A stretch of 64,000 nt of DNA, taken from assembly GCF_006345805.1 (NCBI RefSeq), contig NC_043011.1, positions 49,178,464 through 49,242,463 on the forward strand, written 5' to 3'. The notes below the pieces were generated by a model. The model did no database searches. It was not told where the DNA came from and saw only the letters and a list, made by a program, of their open reading frames with translations. This DNA comes from Octopus sinensis (lineage: Eukaryota). Made by a program: the position numbers and the translations under genes. The first letter of the stretch is position 1. The number at the start of each line of letters is the position of its first letter. Below are positions 38,761-51,600 of this stretch, piece after piece.

Positions 38761-39023
38761 GTACTGGATATATAATATTGTACACTTTGATCAATATTTA
38801 TATATTGTCAATCTAACATGAACGTGACAGTTGGGGGTACACCACCACTGTTTAGCCCTAGGAAGCATCGACGCCTCCTGATGGCTTTGACACATTTTTC
38901 CTGTGTCCTTATATACATTTACGAAGGGGAGACAAATACCCCCAGCCGCCCGGGCTGCATCTAGGGACACGTGTTTCAGGATGATTGTCCTTCGTCGGCC
39001 TAGACTAGCAGACACCGGTCAGC

Positions 39024-39217
39024 TGTTGATATTTGCCTCGACCTCGCAATGTATATATCTAAATTTCAGTGAAGTCTATTCACTGATTATCAAAATCAGA
39101 AATACTAAATTTCTAAATCTCTCGTAGAGATATGTACGGTGGTGGGGTGATAGAATGGTTGTATACTGTCACTGAAATTTAGATATATACATTGTGAGGT
39201 CGAGGCAAATATCAACA
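39024..39217. mobile_element. MITE-like element, 49-bp inverted repeats
   Basis: 39024-39072 matches the reverse complement of 39169-39217 at 48/49. Confidence 0.8.
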
Positions 39218-39934
39218 AAAATTTCAAAGTGATATGGCCGTAAACATATGTATGTATTTATATGTATATGTGTGCCACCTACTGTAAAAGACATCCGGCA
39301 AAAACGAATTCAACACCTGCTGCGTCATACCTACATTGCTACATTGTTAACTCATTTATTTCCATGCAGATTTCAACAACCCCCAGCTAATCTAGACGGA
39401 GAGGTCAATGAATATACCAATAGATATACTAAACTTGCCTATATATATTCACATTATTTGCATTAGCCGAGAAACCAATCATTTACAACACAGCTAATCT
39501 TATTTTAGCTTAATTAATTGCTTCCTGCATTCATTCCAATTGTGTGTACAGTGAATGAAGCTGTTTGGTAAATTAAACAAAAGACACAAAAGCCAGAAAA
39601 CAAGGAACATTAGCAAGAACAACAGAACTGACCAAGATTCCACCTTATTTGGTATATGGGGGGATTTGTTGGTGTAGGCCAATGGGGGTTTTTTTTTTAC
39701 CTTTATTGTTTTTGTGAATTTGTGTTTGGTCTGTATGACAGGAAGAATGAAATATAAGAGAAAAAAATCAACAGAATGTGTGTGTTGGGTGAATGGAACA
39801 CAGGTTTTACGTCTGACTGCAAGAAGTCTATTTATTTAACATGGAAGTTTCTCAGATGTATAATTATATACAGAAACGTATATTTAGACATGCACACATT
39901 TATACATGCACATACATAAATGTACATATGTATA

Positions 39935-40318
39935 TCTTTATATATAAAAGTGAAGTCGTGTGTCTGTCTCCTACGATTTAGATTCCTAACTACTCCCACA
40001 TTTTGCGGTGCAGTTTAACCAAAAGCAGGTATCTTATAGTCGTGATTCATATCGAGCCCTTCTGGGTATTAGTGCACGTCTATGATGAGTCTACGATTTA
40101 AAAAAAAATTTGCCATCATTTTTTTCCATTTTAATGCATTTTTTCGCTATTATATAAGGGAAGTAACTCTCTAAAAATGTCTACGATTAGTCAACGATTT
40201 AAAAAAAAATTTACCATCATTTTTTTCCATTTTTAATGCATTTTTTGGCTATAACTCTAAAAATGCTTATATAGTTATTTCCCTTACAAACCCGAGCAAC
40301 GCCGGTCGATACTGCTAG
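39935..40318 (+). mobile_element. Non-autonomous Helitron
   Basis: 5' TCTTTATATATAAAAG, subterminal CCCGAGCAACGCCGG hairpin, 3' CTAG, A^T insertion site. Termini resemble the 34.6-kb copy. Confidence 0.8.
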
Positions 40319-40516
40319 TATATATATATATATATATATATAGGCACAGGAGTGGCTGTGTGGTAAGTAGCTTGCTTACTAATCACATGGTTCTGGGTTC
40401 AGTCCCACTGCATGGCACCTTCAGCCTCGGGCCAAATAAAGCCTTGTGAGTGGATTTGCTAGGTGGAAACTGAAAGAAGCCTATCGTAAATATATATTTA
40501 CGACAGGCTTCTTTAC

Positions 40517-40550
<34 letters not shown>

Positions 40551-41397
40551 TTTTGTGTCAGTATTTGTCCCCCAATATTGCTTGACAAACGATGCTGCTG
40601 TGTTTATGTCCCCGTAACTTAGCAGTTCGATAAAAGGGTCGATAGAATAAGTATACTCCAGCATGGCCGCAGTCAATGGACTGCAAAAAGTAAAAGAATA
40701 AAAGAAAGTACATATATATATATATACTCACACACACATACATATATATACATTTATATATACATACATATGTATACACATATAGACATACATATGTATA
40801 CATGCACATATATATATATACTCACATGTATATTTATTAGTCTATGAATCAAAACAGGAATGAGAAGAAAAAACTGTGGAAAAATATATACATACAATAT
40901 AAAGACATATTTTTTACAAATATAAATATGCATGCATATTTTTGTATGTGTGTACATCATATATATGTATGTGTGTACATCATATATATATATGTGTGTG
41001 TGTATGTGTGCGTGTATGTGTGTGCGTGTGTGTATTGTTAGCTGTGATGGTATGGGAGTGACAAGAGAATTGCATATGCTAGAAATCCAACACGCTCCCT
41101 TAATGCACATTTGACGTAACAGAAGGAAGGTAGACCGATAAAAGGTGATAGTTGCAGGTACCACAGGCTTCACGATGCAGTGATAGAAACTGGGGATGAA
41201 TGATAGATAAAAATGTAAGAATGTAATGAGGAGACGGAGACTTAACATAAAGAAACCAGGTGAGTGACCTAAGATGTTGTAGATGCACATCCCATGTTCT
41301 GTCACTACTAACACCTTTTCTCCGTCTTTTTTTTTTTGCCCTGGTTTTTTTGTGTGGGTGGATCTTCGTCGGCTCCATCTGTCATCACTGTTTGCAG

Positions 41398-41466
41398 TCT
41401 TTTGTTAGCTGCTTTAAGAGATACAGCCTCTTCAACCTCGTGGAATCGTTCTTTGAATGGACAACG
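41398..41466 (+). other. Candidate spliced exon, probably non-coding
   Basis: Upstream donor CAG|gtgagt (~41260), branch-like CTACTAAC, long AG-free pyrimidine-rich tract, acceptor tttgcag, donor ACG|gtatgt. The upstream segment has stops that prevent a coding join. Confidence 0.25.
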
Positions 41467-43366
41467 GTATGTGTGTGTGTGGTGTGTGTGTGTGTGTAAA
41501 GAAAAAGAGAGAGAGTATGAAGGGAAACGTTGAAATTATTTCATTGAGTGGGTGGTGTATGTAACACAGAGAGTGTGGGAGACAGAGAGAGAGTGTTTGT
41601 GTGTCTGAATGTGTGTAGAGAGAGAGAGAGCTTGTGTGTGTGCGTGTTTGTGTGTGTGTCTGGCAAGAAAGAGAGTGAGAGTTTGGGTGTTGTGGGTGTA
41701 TCTGTGTGTGTATATTTGAGTGTGTGTTGTGGGTGTATCTGTGTGTGTATATTTGAGTGTGTGTTGTGGGTGTATCTGTGTGTGTATATTTGTGCATGTG
41801 TGTGTGTTTGTGTGTTGAGAGATTGTGTGTATGTGTTATGTGTCTGTGTGTATGTTTGTGTGTGTAGAGAGTGTGTGTGATTGTGTGTGCATCCCGGAGG
41901 AGAGAGAGAGATTGAGATTAATATACATGTAGATAGAGATATCATCATCGTCCCCATTATCATCATTATCCTCATCCTCATCCTCATCATCATCGTCATC
42001 ATCATCATCATCATCATCATCATTATCTTCATCATCATCAGCATCATCATCATCATAATCATCATCATCCTCCTCCTCATCATCATTCTTGCTGCAATTA
42101 TCATCATCATCATCATAATCATCATGGTTCTACTGTCCACTTTTTCATGCTTGTATGGGTAGTGTGAAATTTCCTAAGCCAACCCTCACCTGTTTCCAAG
42201 CAACATAGAATTGACTCATGGCCTGATATGTTCTCCAGCCCCTCACACACACCCCACAGACAATGAGCTTCTTTCATTCTTCACCTTCAAAATCTGCTCA
42301 CATGGCTTTGGTCTCAATTGAGGACACTTGGCTGAGGTGACACACAATGGGATCGAACCTGAAATCATGTGGTTGGAAAGCAAATTTCTCTGATTATATT
42401 CTTTCATTAATTAACCCTGCCACCTCATTAGCATTTATAAGTAATATTGAAGTAATATAAGGCTGGGAGCTGGCAAAATTGTTAGCACACTTGACAAAAT
42501 GTTTAGTGGCATTCTGTCTGTCTATATGATCCGAGTTCAAATTCTACCGAGGTCCCCTTTACCTTTTGTCTATTCAGGGTCTATAGAATAAGTATCAGTT
42601 GAGAACTAGGGTCAATGTTATTATCTTACCCCCTCCTCCAAAATTGCCGGCCTTGTTCCAAAATTTGAAACTGATACTAATAAAATCTTTCATATAAATG
42701 TTTAAGGAATAGTGATAATGTGTCCCTCACTTTGACCCTTTACTGGTCCAAGAACAACTTTCTCCTACCTTCCTACAATCCTTGAGGCTCCTTATAATGG
42801 TCAAAATGGTCTTTAGCACTGCCATTTCTCTTCTGATTGACCCACTGGTCATGAGTGGTCAAGTTTGGAAACTGTTAAGCTTTGTGGCTGAAACTCAAGT
42901 GGCTGATTGTCCAGCAGACTCTTATCCTTTTTTTATTTATATCCTAAGAACCCAGCATATAATCTAAACAATACTCGGGGACCCAGTCTTTGGAGGGTTA
43001 AGACATATACATACGCCAAGTATATATATATGTATACTTATATATATATATATATATATAATAATTATTATTATTTGAGGGAATAAAATCCAAACTTATA
43101 TATATATATATTGTATGTATATTATATATATTATATATTATATATATATATATCATATGTATATTACATATATATATTATATGTAATTTTCTAGATGGTG
43201 TAATTTAATTATTCATTTTGAATTGATAAAAGGTGGTTTTTTCTAATATTATATATATATATATATATATAAAATATTATTAGAGACAAAACCACTATTT
43301 TGCAAAACAAACAAGGAAAGACTTAATCAATACATAAAATTTTAATAAATAGTCAAAAAAAAACCG

Positions 43367-43409
43367 CCACTACAATCGTTTCTTGTCTTGATCGACAATC
43401 TTCAGGTGG
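43367..43409 (-). ncRNA. Minimal type I hammerhead ribozyme (minus-strand arm)
   Basis: CCAC-CTGAAGA-TTGTC-GATCAA-GACAA-GAAA-CGATTGT-A-GTGG. Confidence 0.75.
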
Positions 43410-43444
43410 ACTTCCAATAAGCCAGTTTCAAACTTATTGGAAGT

Positions 43445-43487
43445 CCACCTGAAGATTGTCGATCAAGACAAGAAACAATTGTAGTGG
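43445..43487 (+). ncRNA. Minimal type I hammerhead ribozyme (plus-strand arm)
   Basis: Stem I CCAC/GTGG, core CTGAAGA 43449-55, stem II TTGTC/GACAA, GAAA 43472-75, palindromic stem III ACAATTGT, GUA site at 43483. Confidence 0.8.
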
Positions 43488-43660
43488 CGGTTTTTTTTGA
43501 CTATTTATTAAAATTTTATGTATTGATTAAGTCTTTCCTTGTTTGTTTTGCAAAATAGTGGTTTGGTCTCTAATAATATTTTATAATATTTTACTATAAA
43601 ATTGGATTTATCCTAAATCTGATTTTTTTCCCTGTAAATTTGGATTTATTCCCTAATATT

Positions 43661-43952
<292 letters not shown>

Positions 43953-46900
43953 AACAACAAGTAACTTTCCTTTGCCTCAAATTATTGCATAAATCAGCTT
44001 TAGAATTGCCTGCAGTATTAATATTATTATCTATTATCATCATCATTATTATTATCATTATCATTATTATTATCATAACAAAGCTGTTCATTCTTTACAA
44101 AATTCTAATAATACCCTCTGGGCTACTAAAAACCTTTAGGCCCAAAACTGACTAACAAAACTACATCTATTTTTTTATTGTCATACATACATATATATAT
44201 ATTATATTACATATATTTGTGTCTTTATTCGTGTCTTTATGATTATTCAGCAAACATATTTACCTATGTCTTCAACACAACACCTTTAAATTTTATTTTA
44301 TTCATTATTTCCTCCTAAGGGAAAGCCATTCATGATTATTTTTTCAGGCTTTTAACAATACAAGTTACTTTTCCCCTTTTTCCAATTATACTTACTTATA
44401 CCTCAAAATTACCCACATAATTACCAACCTCTTAGTTCTGTATACAACCATTTACTTAAGATTCCTTAATTTACATTAATTTTCTTATCTAATAAAATAA
44501 CTCTCAATAACAGTCTTTATCATCAAACTTCCTCCTCTTCACATCAGCAACTTCTGCTGGAAAGTTCCATTCAATGGTTCTATAAAACTTCCCTTTCCAG
44601 CTCCCAGTAACTGATACTTCTTACTTAGCTTTGGATTCTCAACTAAACCCTTCCATCTTTGGTGTTTCCTCTTGTCCTTATTTTGGTCTTCAAGCCCTAC
44701 CCTATGATCTGCTGCCCTCATCTGCATTTCTAATTCTAGGGTTTGGTAATATAATCAGGAAAATAGAACTCAAATCACAAGTATAGCATCATCATCAAGA
44801 TCAACATCCTCATCATTATCATCACCATCAACAAATCATCATCACCGTCAGATCATCAACATTAGGCATGGCTGTGTGGTAAGAAGCTTGCTATCCAACC
44901 ACATGGTTCCGGTTGAGTGTTTTCTACTATAACCTCAGGCTGACCAAAGCCTTGTGAGTGAATATGGTATATGGAAACTAGATTTATGTATATATATATA
45001 TATACAATCATCATCATCGTTTAACATCCATTTTCCATGCTAGCATGGGTTGGACAGTTTGACCAGGGTCTGGGAAGCCAGAGGCTGCACCAGGCTCCAG
45101 TCTGATCTGGCAATGGCCATGATCAGTTGGTGCTTTTTACATGCCACCAACATGGAAGCCAGTCAAGGCGGCAATAGCATCGGCCACATTCGGATGGTGC
45201 TATCTACATGCTACTAGCACAGGTATCACGACTAGAATTTCCATTTGATTTTTATTTGATGTTGATGTACTTGACTAAATAGGTCTCCATATATATTATC
45301 ATCATCATCATCATTATTGTTTAACGTCAGCTTTCCATGCTAGCATGGGTTGGATGATTTGACTGAAGACTGGCAAACCAGATGGCTGCACCAGGCTCCA
45401 ATCTGATTTGGCAGAGTTTCTACTGCTGGATGCCCTTCCTAATGCCAAACACTCCAAGAGTGTAGTGGGTCCTTTAACTGGCCACCAGCACGAGGGCCAG
45501 TCAGGTGGTACTGGTAACAGCCATGCTCAAATGGTGTTTTTTACATGCCACCTGCACAAGAGCCAGAACAGCGCCACCGGAAACGACCTCGCTCGAATGT
45601 TTTTTCACGTGCCACCAGCACAAGTGCCAGTAAGGCGACGCTGGTAACGATCATGCTCGAATGGTGCTTTTCACGTGCCATCACTTGACAACCAGCGGTG
45701 GTGTGTTTACATCCCTGTAACTTAGTGGTTCAGTAAAAGAGATCAATAGAAGAAATACTAGGTTTACAAAGAATAAGTCCTGGTTGGGGTGGGGGGCGAT
45801 GTGTTCGATTAAAACACCATTTAAGGTGGTGCTCCAGCATGGCCACAGTCAAATGACAGAAACAAATTAAAGTATCATTGCCATTACATGTTCATTGTTT
45901 TCATGATGACATGGGTTGGACAGTTTGACGGGAGCTAGTAAGTCAAAAGATGGTTCCAAGCCCTACTATTTGTTTTGGTGAGGTTTCCCTTTCTACAGAT
46001 GGACACCCTAACACCAACCATTTTAAGGAGTGTACTGGGTGGTTTTTACTATTTTACTTGTTTCAGTCATTTGACTGCAGCCATGCTGGAGCACCGCCTT
46101 TAGTCTAACAAATTGACCGCAGGACTTATTCCTTGTAAGCCTAGTACTTGTTCTATCAGTCTCTTTTGCTGAACCACTAAGTTGCAGGGACTTAAACACA
46201 CCAACAACGGTTGACAAACGATGTTGGGGTGAGGGACAAACACACACACACATATAAATACATATACATATATACAACAGGCTTCTTCCAGTTTCCATCT
46301 ACCAAATCCACTCATGAGGCTTTAGTTGGCCCAAAGCTATAGTAAAAGACACTTGGCCAGGTGCCACACAGTGGAACTGAACCTGGAACATATACGCATG
46401 CTATAAAATAATTTTTATTATAATTTTACTATGGGGCACAAAATAAATAAAAAAACGAAGCAGGCTTTATGTACAGAGATAAATAATCCAAGACACTCAC
46501 TTTTAGAAGACAATAACCGCAAATGGAGAAAAGAAACAACAAAAAAATCAACAACACAAATTAGAAATTGATTGCGGTGATGTTATGAGTAAGGAAGATC
46601 TCATGTATCATCCAGTTTAATTCCTACAACAAAAGGTAATACAAACCACAGATACAGATTCAGAAGAGCCAATATATTTCTTTATTACCCACAAGGGGCT
46701 AAACACAGAGGGGACAAACAAGGACAGACAAACCGATTAAGTCGATTACATCGACCCCAGTGCATAACTGGTACTTAATTTATCGACCCCGAAAGGATGA
46801 AAGGCAAAGTCGTCCTCGGCGGAATTTGAACCCAGAACGCAACGGCAGACGAAATACGGCTACGCATTTCGCCCGGCGTGCTAACGTTTCTGCCAGGAGC

Positions 46901-47204
46901 CAATATCCCAAATGCTAGACAAGAGGTGCCACATGAAAGAAGAATAAGGACAAAAATAGAAGAAGGATAATGCAGAGATTCCAAGAAAGGGAATTGAATT
47001 AAACAAGTTTTTAAAAAAAAGGAAATAGAGGATAGAGAAAATAATGGCGGCATCAATAATTCAAGGATTGCAACATTTCTTAAAGACAAATACATAATTC
47101 TTAGAAAAGTTAAAAAAAAAAAAAAGGTAATAACCATGCCTTAATGGCAATTCTATAAGCAATTCTGTTCTATAAAACAACACTTTCAAGCCAAGTAAAG
47201 GCGT

Positions 47205-48000
47205 TATTGTTGTTGTCGATGGTGGTGGTGGTGTGGCAGTGGTGTGGTGGTGGTGGTGGTGTGTTTGATGGTTTTGGTTATGGTGGCAACAATGGTGGTG
47301 GTGATGGCGGCGGCGGTGGTGGTGGTGGTGATGATTATAGTGGTAGTGGTAGTGGTAGCAGTTTTGATGGTGGTGATGGTGGTGGTGGAGGTGGTGGTGG
47401 TTGTTTTGATGAAGCTGGTGGTTGTGGGGTGGTGGTGGTGGTGGTGGTGGTTGTTTTGATGAAGCTGGTGGTTGTGGGTGGTGGTGGTGGTGGTGGTTGT
47501 GGTGGCAATGATGGTGGTAGTGGTAGTCGTGGCAGTGGTGATGGTGGTGGTGGTGGAGGTGGTGGTGGTTGTCTTCATGGTAGTGATGGCAGTGGTTGTT
47601 TTGATGAAGCTGGTGGTTGTGGTGGTTGTGGTGGTGGTGGCAATGATGGTGGTGATTATAGTGATGGTTGTTGTCGTTGTTGTTGGTGGTGGTTGTGGTG
47701 GGGGTGATGTTGATGATGGCAAACGATGGTGGTTGTGGTAGTGGTTGCAGTGGTTGTTGTGACGGTGGTGATGTTGGTAGTGATAGTGTTTGTAGTTGAT
47801 ACTGATAATGATGTTAGAGTTGGTAGTGTTTGTGATGGTGGAGGCAACAGTCTTTTTGTTGTTGTTGTTGGTGATGGTGGTGGTGGTGACGATGGTGTTG
47901 GCAACAGTAGTGGTGGTGGCAGTGACAGTGTGACAGTGGTGGTGTTGGCGTCAGTAGTGATGGTGGTGGTGGCGGCGGTGGTAGTGGTGGTGGTGGCGGT
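47205..48000 (+). repeat. (GGT)n-derived low complexity
   Basis: GGT/GAT/GTT triplets; GGTTGTTTTGATGAAGCTGGTGGTTGTGG present three times. Confidence 0.85.
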
Positions 48001-48334
48001 GAGAATCACAGATAAACACAAATTATAAAAAAAAAAAAACAGCACAACAAATCTAGAAAATCAGATAAACAAAAATAAAATAAAACCAAATCAGGAAACT
48101 AAAAACCTACAGAAATTAAATGCATTAGAATTGAGGAAGGATTCCCATAAATCCAGAACAACACTTAAGGGATTGATTTATTGAAGGTGCCTTTATTGGG
48201 TACATTTAAGTTTCTAGAAATAGTAGCTAAATCTCCCTCACAACACATGTGCCCTGCCTTAGATAAGAACAGATTTAATCACAGGTGTGGTCAATCAGGA
48301 CTGACCTAGGATTATGTAGTTCAGACAGACAAAC

Positions 48335-49095
48335 AAGACAGAGATAGATAGATAAATAGATAGATAAACAGACTAATAAATAGATAGACAGACAGACAGG
48401 CAATAGATAGACTAATAGACAGACAAATAGATAGATAGAAAGATAGATAGATAGACAGACAGACAGGCGATAGATAGACTAATAGACAGACAAATAGATA
48501 GATAGAAAGATAGATAGATAGACAGACAGACAGGCGATAGATAGACTAATAGACAGACAATAGATAGATAGAAAGATAGATAGATAGACAGATAGACAGA
48601 CAGACAGCGATAGATAGACTAATAGACGACAATAGATAGATAGAAGATAGATAGATAGACAGACAGACAGGCATTAGATAGACTAATAGACAGACAAATA
48701 GATAGATAGAAAGATAGATGATAGACAGACAGACAGCAATAGAAGATAGACTAATAGACGACAAATAGATAGATAGAAAGATAGATAGATAGACAGACAG
48801 ACAGGCAATAGATAGACTAATAGACAGACAAATAGATAGATAGAAAGATAGATAGATAGACAGACAGACAGGCAATAGATAGACTAATAGACAGACAAAT
48901 AGATAGATAGAAAGATAGATAGATAGACAGACAGACAGGCAATAGATAGACTAATAGACAGACAAATAGATAGATAGAAAGATAGATAGATAGACAGACA
49001 GACAGGCAATAGATAGACTAATAGACAGACAAATAGATAGATAGAAAGATAGATAGATAGACAGACAGACAGGCGATAGATAGACAGACTGGCAG
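48335..49095 (+). repeat. 67-bp minisatellite built from GATA/GACA, ~11 copies
   Basis: GGC marker at 48399, 48466, 48533 and 48804, 48871, 48938, 49005, 49072 (67-bp spacing). The middle copies are noisier. Confidence 0.9.
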
Positions 49096-50248
49096 ACAGA
49101 CAGACGATAGATAGATAGACAGGCAGACAGACAGACAGGCAGGGAGGCAGACAGACAGATAGATAGACAGATAGGCAACTAGATAGATAGATAGATCGAT
49201 AGATAGATAGATAACTTTCTTTATTGGTCACACAGGGCTAGACACAGAGGGGACAATTACAATGTAGAGTGTTTCTTTTCGAGGGGGACGAAAATAAAAT
49301 TTTTTAAGAAATTTATTTAAAAACGGACAACGATCAAAAGGGATCGAAATCATTGGGGATATATGCAAAAAAAAAAGTCAAAATGATACAAAAAGTTCCC
49401 AAGAAATGGGGAGGTTTATCTATGGAAAGAAAAACCTACAAAAAGACCATATTAACATATTTATTTACAAATAAGTAACTCTCTGTTTTAAATTTTTACG
49501 GTTCATAGTATCATAGATAGATAGATACAGAGATATGTTTCTTTATTGGCTACACAGGGCTGAACACAGAGGGGACAAAATACAAAGTAGATAAATACAT
49601 AGATGAATGGATGAATGGATGAATGGATGGATGAACTGATGGGTGGGCGGATGAATGAATAGATGGATGGAGTGGATGGACAGTCAGACAGATGAATCAA
49701 TGAGTGGACAGACTGACAGGCCAGACAGAAAGACAGATAAAAACACAGATAGAGAAATAAACAAATAGTTACATGGACAGATAGGTTGATAGCTAGTCTG
49801 AGAGAGGGGGAGGAGAAAAGTGAGAGAGGAGAGGGAGAGAAGGAAAGAAAAGAAAGAGATAAAAAGAAAGGTGGTGAGAGGGAAAGAGAGGAAAGGAAAG
49901 AGTGAGAGAAAAAGTGGGAGAGAGAGAATGAAGGAGAGAGAGAGTGAGAGAGAGCAATCGGGAGAGCAGTGGGAAAGAGAGTGAATTAGGGAGAGAGAGA
50001 GAGAGAGAGAGAGTAAAAGTGAGCAAAAGAGAGAATGAGGGATAGAGAGAGAAAGAGGGAGAAAGAGAAAAGTGAAAGAGGGAGATGCAAAAAGAGAAAG
50101 GAGAAGGAGAAAGAAAGAAAGAGATAGATAGATAGATAGATAGATACACAGGTAGATAGATAGATAGACAGGTAGATAGATAGATAGGTAGATAGGTAGA
50201 TAGGTAGGTAGATAGGTAGATAGACAGATAGATAGATACAGATAGATT

Positions 50249-50285
<37 letters not shown>

Positions 50286-50429
50286 GTAGATAGGTAGGTA
50301 GATAGGTAGATAGACGGATAGACAGATAGATAGATATAGATAGACAATAGATAGATAGATATAGATAGACAAATAGATAGATAGATATAGATACAGATAG
50401 ATAGATATAGATACAGATAGAGAGAAAGT

Positions 50430-50460
<31 letters not shown>

Positions 50461-50862
50461 CCAAATAATACAATGAAAGTAATCCTCCCCAGATGATATA
50501 CTAAAATAGCTGTAATCTGCATAAATCACATACATGAACACACACACACCACACACACACACCTACACAAACATGGACCATGTAACAGCTAATGCAACAT
50601 GTAAGCAGTGAGGACAGGACTTGTAAATGCTGGACAGGGAAACAAACAGCTGGATATTGTCAACAATGAAATATATAAAGAACCAGATTAAGTGAAGCAG
50701 AGAGGACACGGAGAGGATAGTTAAACAAGAATTAAAATGGATGGAAGAAGGATGAGAAATGAAGTACCGTATTTTAATGTGTATAAGGAACCTTTCTTTT
50801 TTTTTTGGCAAAAATTAGGTTTTAAAAATATGGGAGTTTCTTATATATGGATAGTATTATAA

Positions 50863-51600
50863 TTGCAGCATGGAAGGTGTTTATAAGCCGTTTAAGAAAC
50901 ACACAAAAACCGTTAGATTCGCTTCAACATTTTAATTAAATTTGCCAAAACGGTGGCACATAAAACCACCATCCATTCGTGTTCGTTGCCAGCCTCGCCT
51001 GGCCCCCATGCCGGTGGCACGTAAAAAGCACCATCCGTTCGTGGCCGTTGCCAGCACTGCCCCGACTGGCCTCCGTGCCGGTGGCACGTAAAAGCACCCT
51101 CCGTTCGTGTTCGTTGCCAGCCTCGCCTGGCCCTCGTGCCGGTGGCATGTAAAAGCACCATCCGTTTGTGGCCGTTTGCCAGCTCCGTCTGGCACCTGTG
51201 CGGGTGGCACATAAAAAGCACCCACTACACTCGCGGAGTGGTTGACGTTAGGAAGGGCATCCAGCCGTAGAAACACTGCCAGATCAGACTGGGCCTGATG
51301 CAGCCTTCTGGCTTCACAGACCCCAGTTGAACTGTCCAACCCATGCTAGCATGGAAAACGGACGCTAAATGATGATTTTCGTCGCTTTGAGACCACAACC
51401 TGTTCACTGACAAAATTCCGTGCTGTATATCTTCTACTTCAACCCCCCAGTCCTCCGATGACAAGCATGGAATTTTGTCAGTGAACAGGTCGCTGTCTCA
51501 AAGCGACGAAAATATTTTGACAAATTAATGTAAATGTTGAAGTGAATCTAACGGTTTTTGTGTGTTTCTTAAATGGCTTATAAACACCTTCCACTCTGCA
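50863..51600. mobile_element. Foldback MITE split by a SINE
   Basis: Outer arms ~50863-50949 / ~51515-51600 and inner arms ~51376-51424 / ~51465-51514 are inverted repeats. Confidence 0.75.
50950..51375 (+). mobile_element. SINE family D with ~60-bp internal tandem repeats
   Basis: Four CCGGTGGCAC(G)TAAAAGCACC(A)TCCGTT-like units, then TTAGGAAGGGCATCCAGC...CCCATGCTAGCATGG...(ATG)n. Other copies at ~1900-2080, 13140-13470, 18295-18500, 20695-20880, 45005-45680, 54140-54580, 61200-61350. Confidence 0.75.

Noticed and set aside
47207-47722. Gly-rich ORF resembling a structural protein (GGGDGGG...CFDEAGGCG)
   Set aside because: It lies in a decayed (GGT)n tract with all frames on both strands similarly open; no splice or start context.
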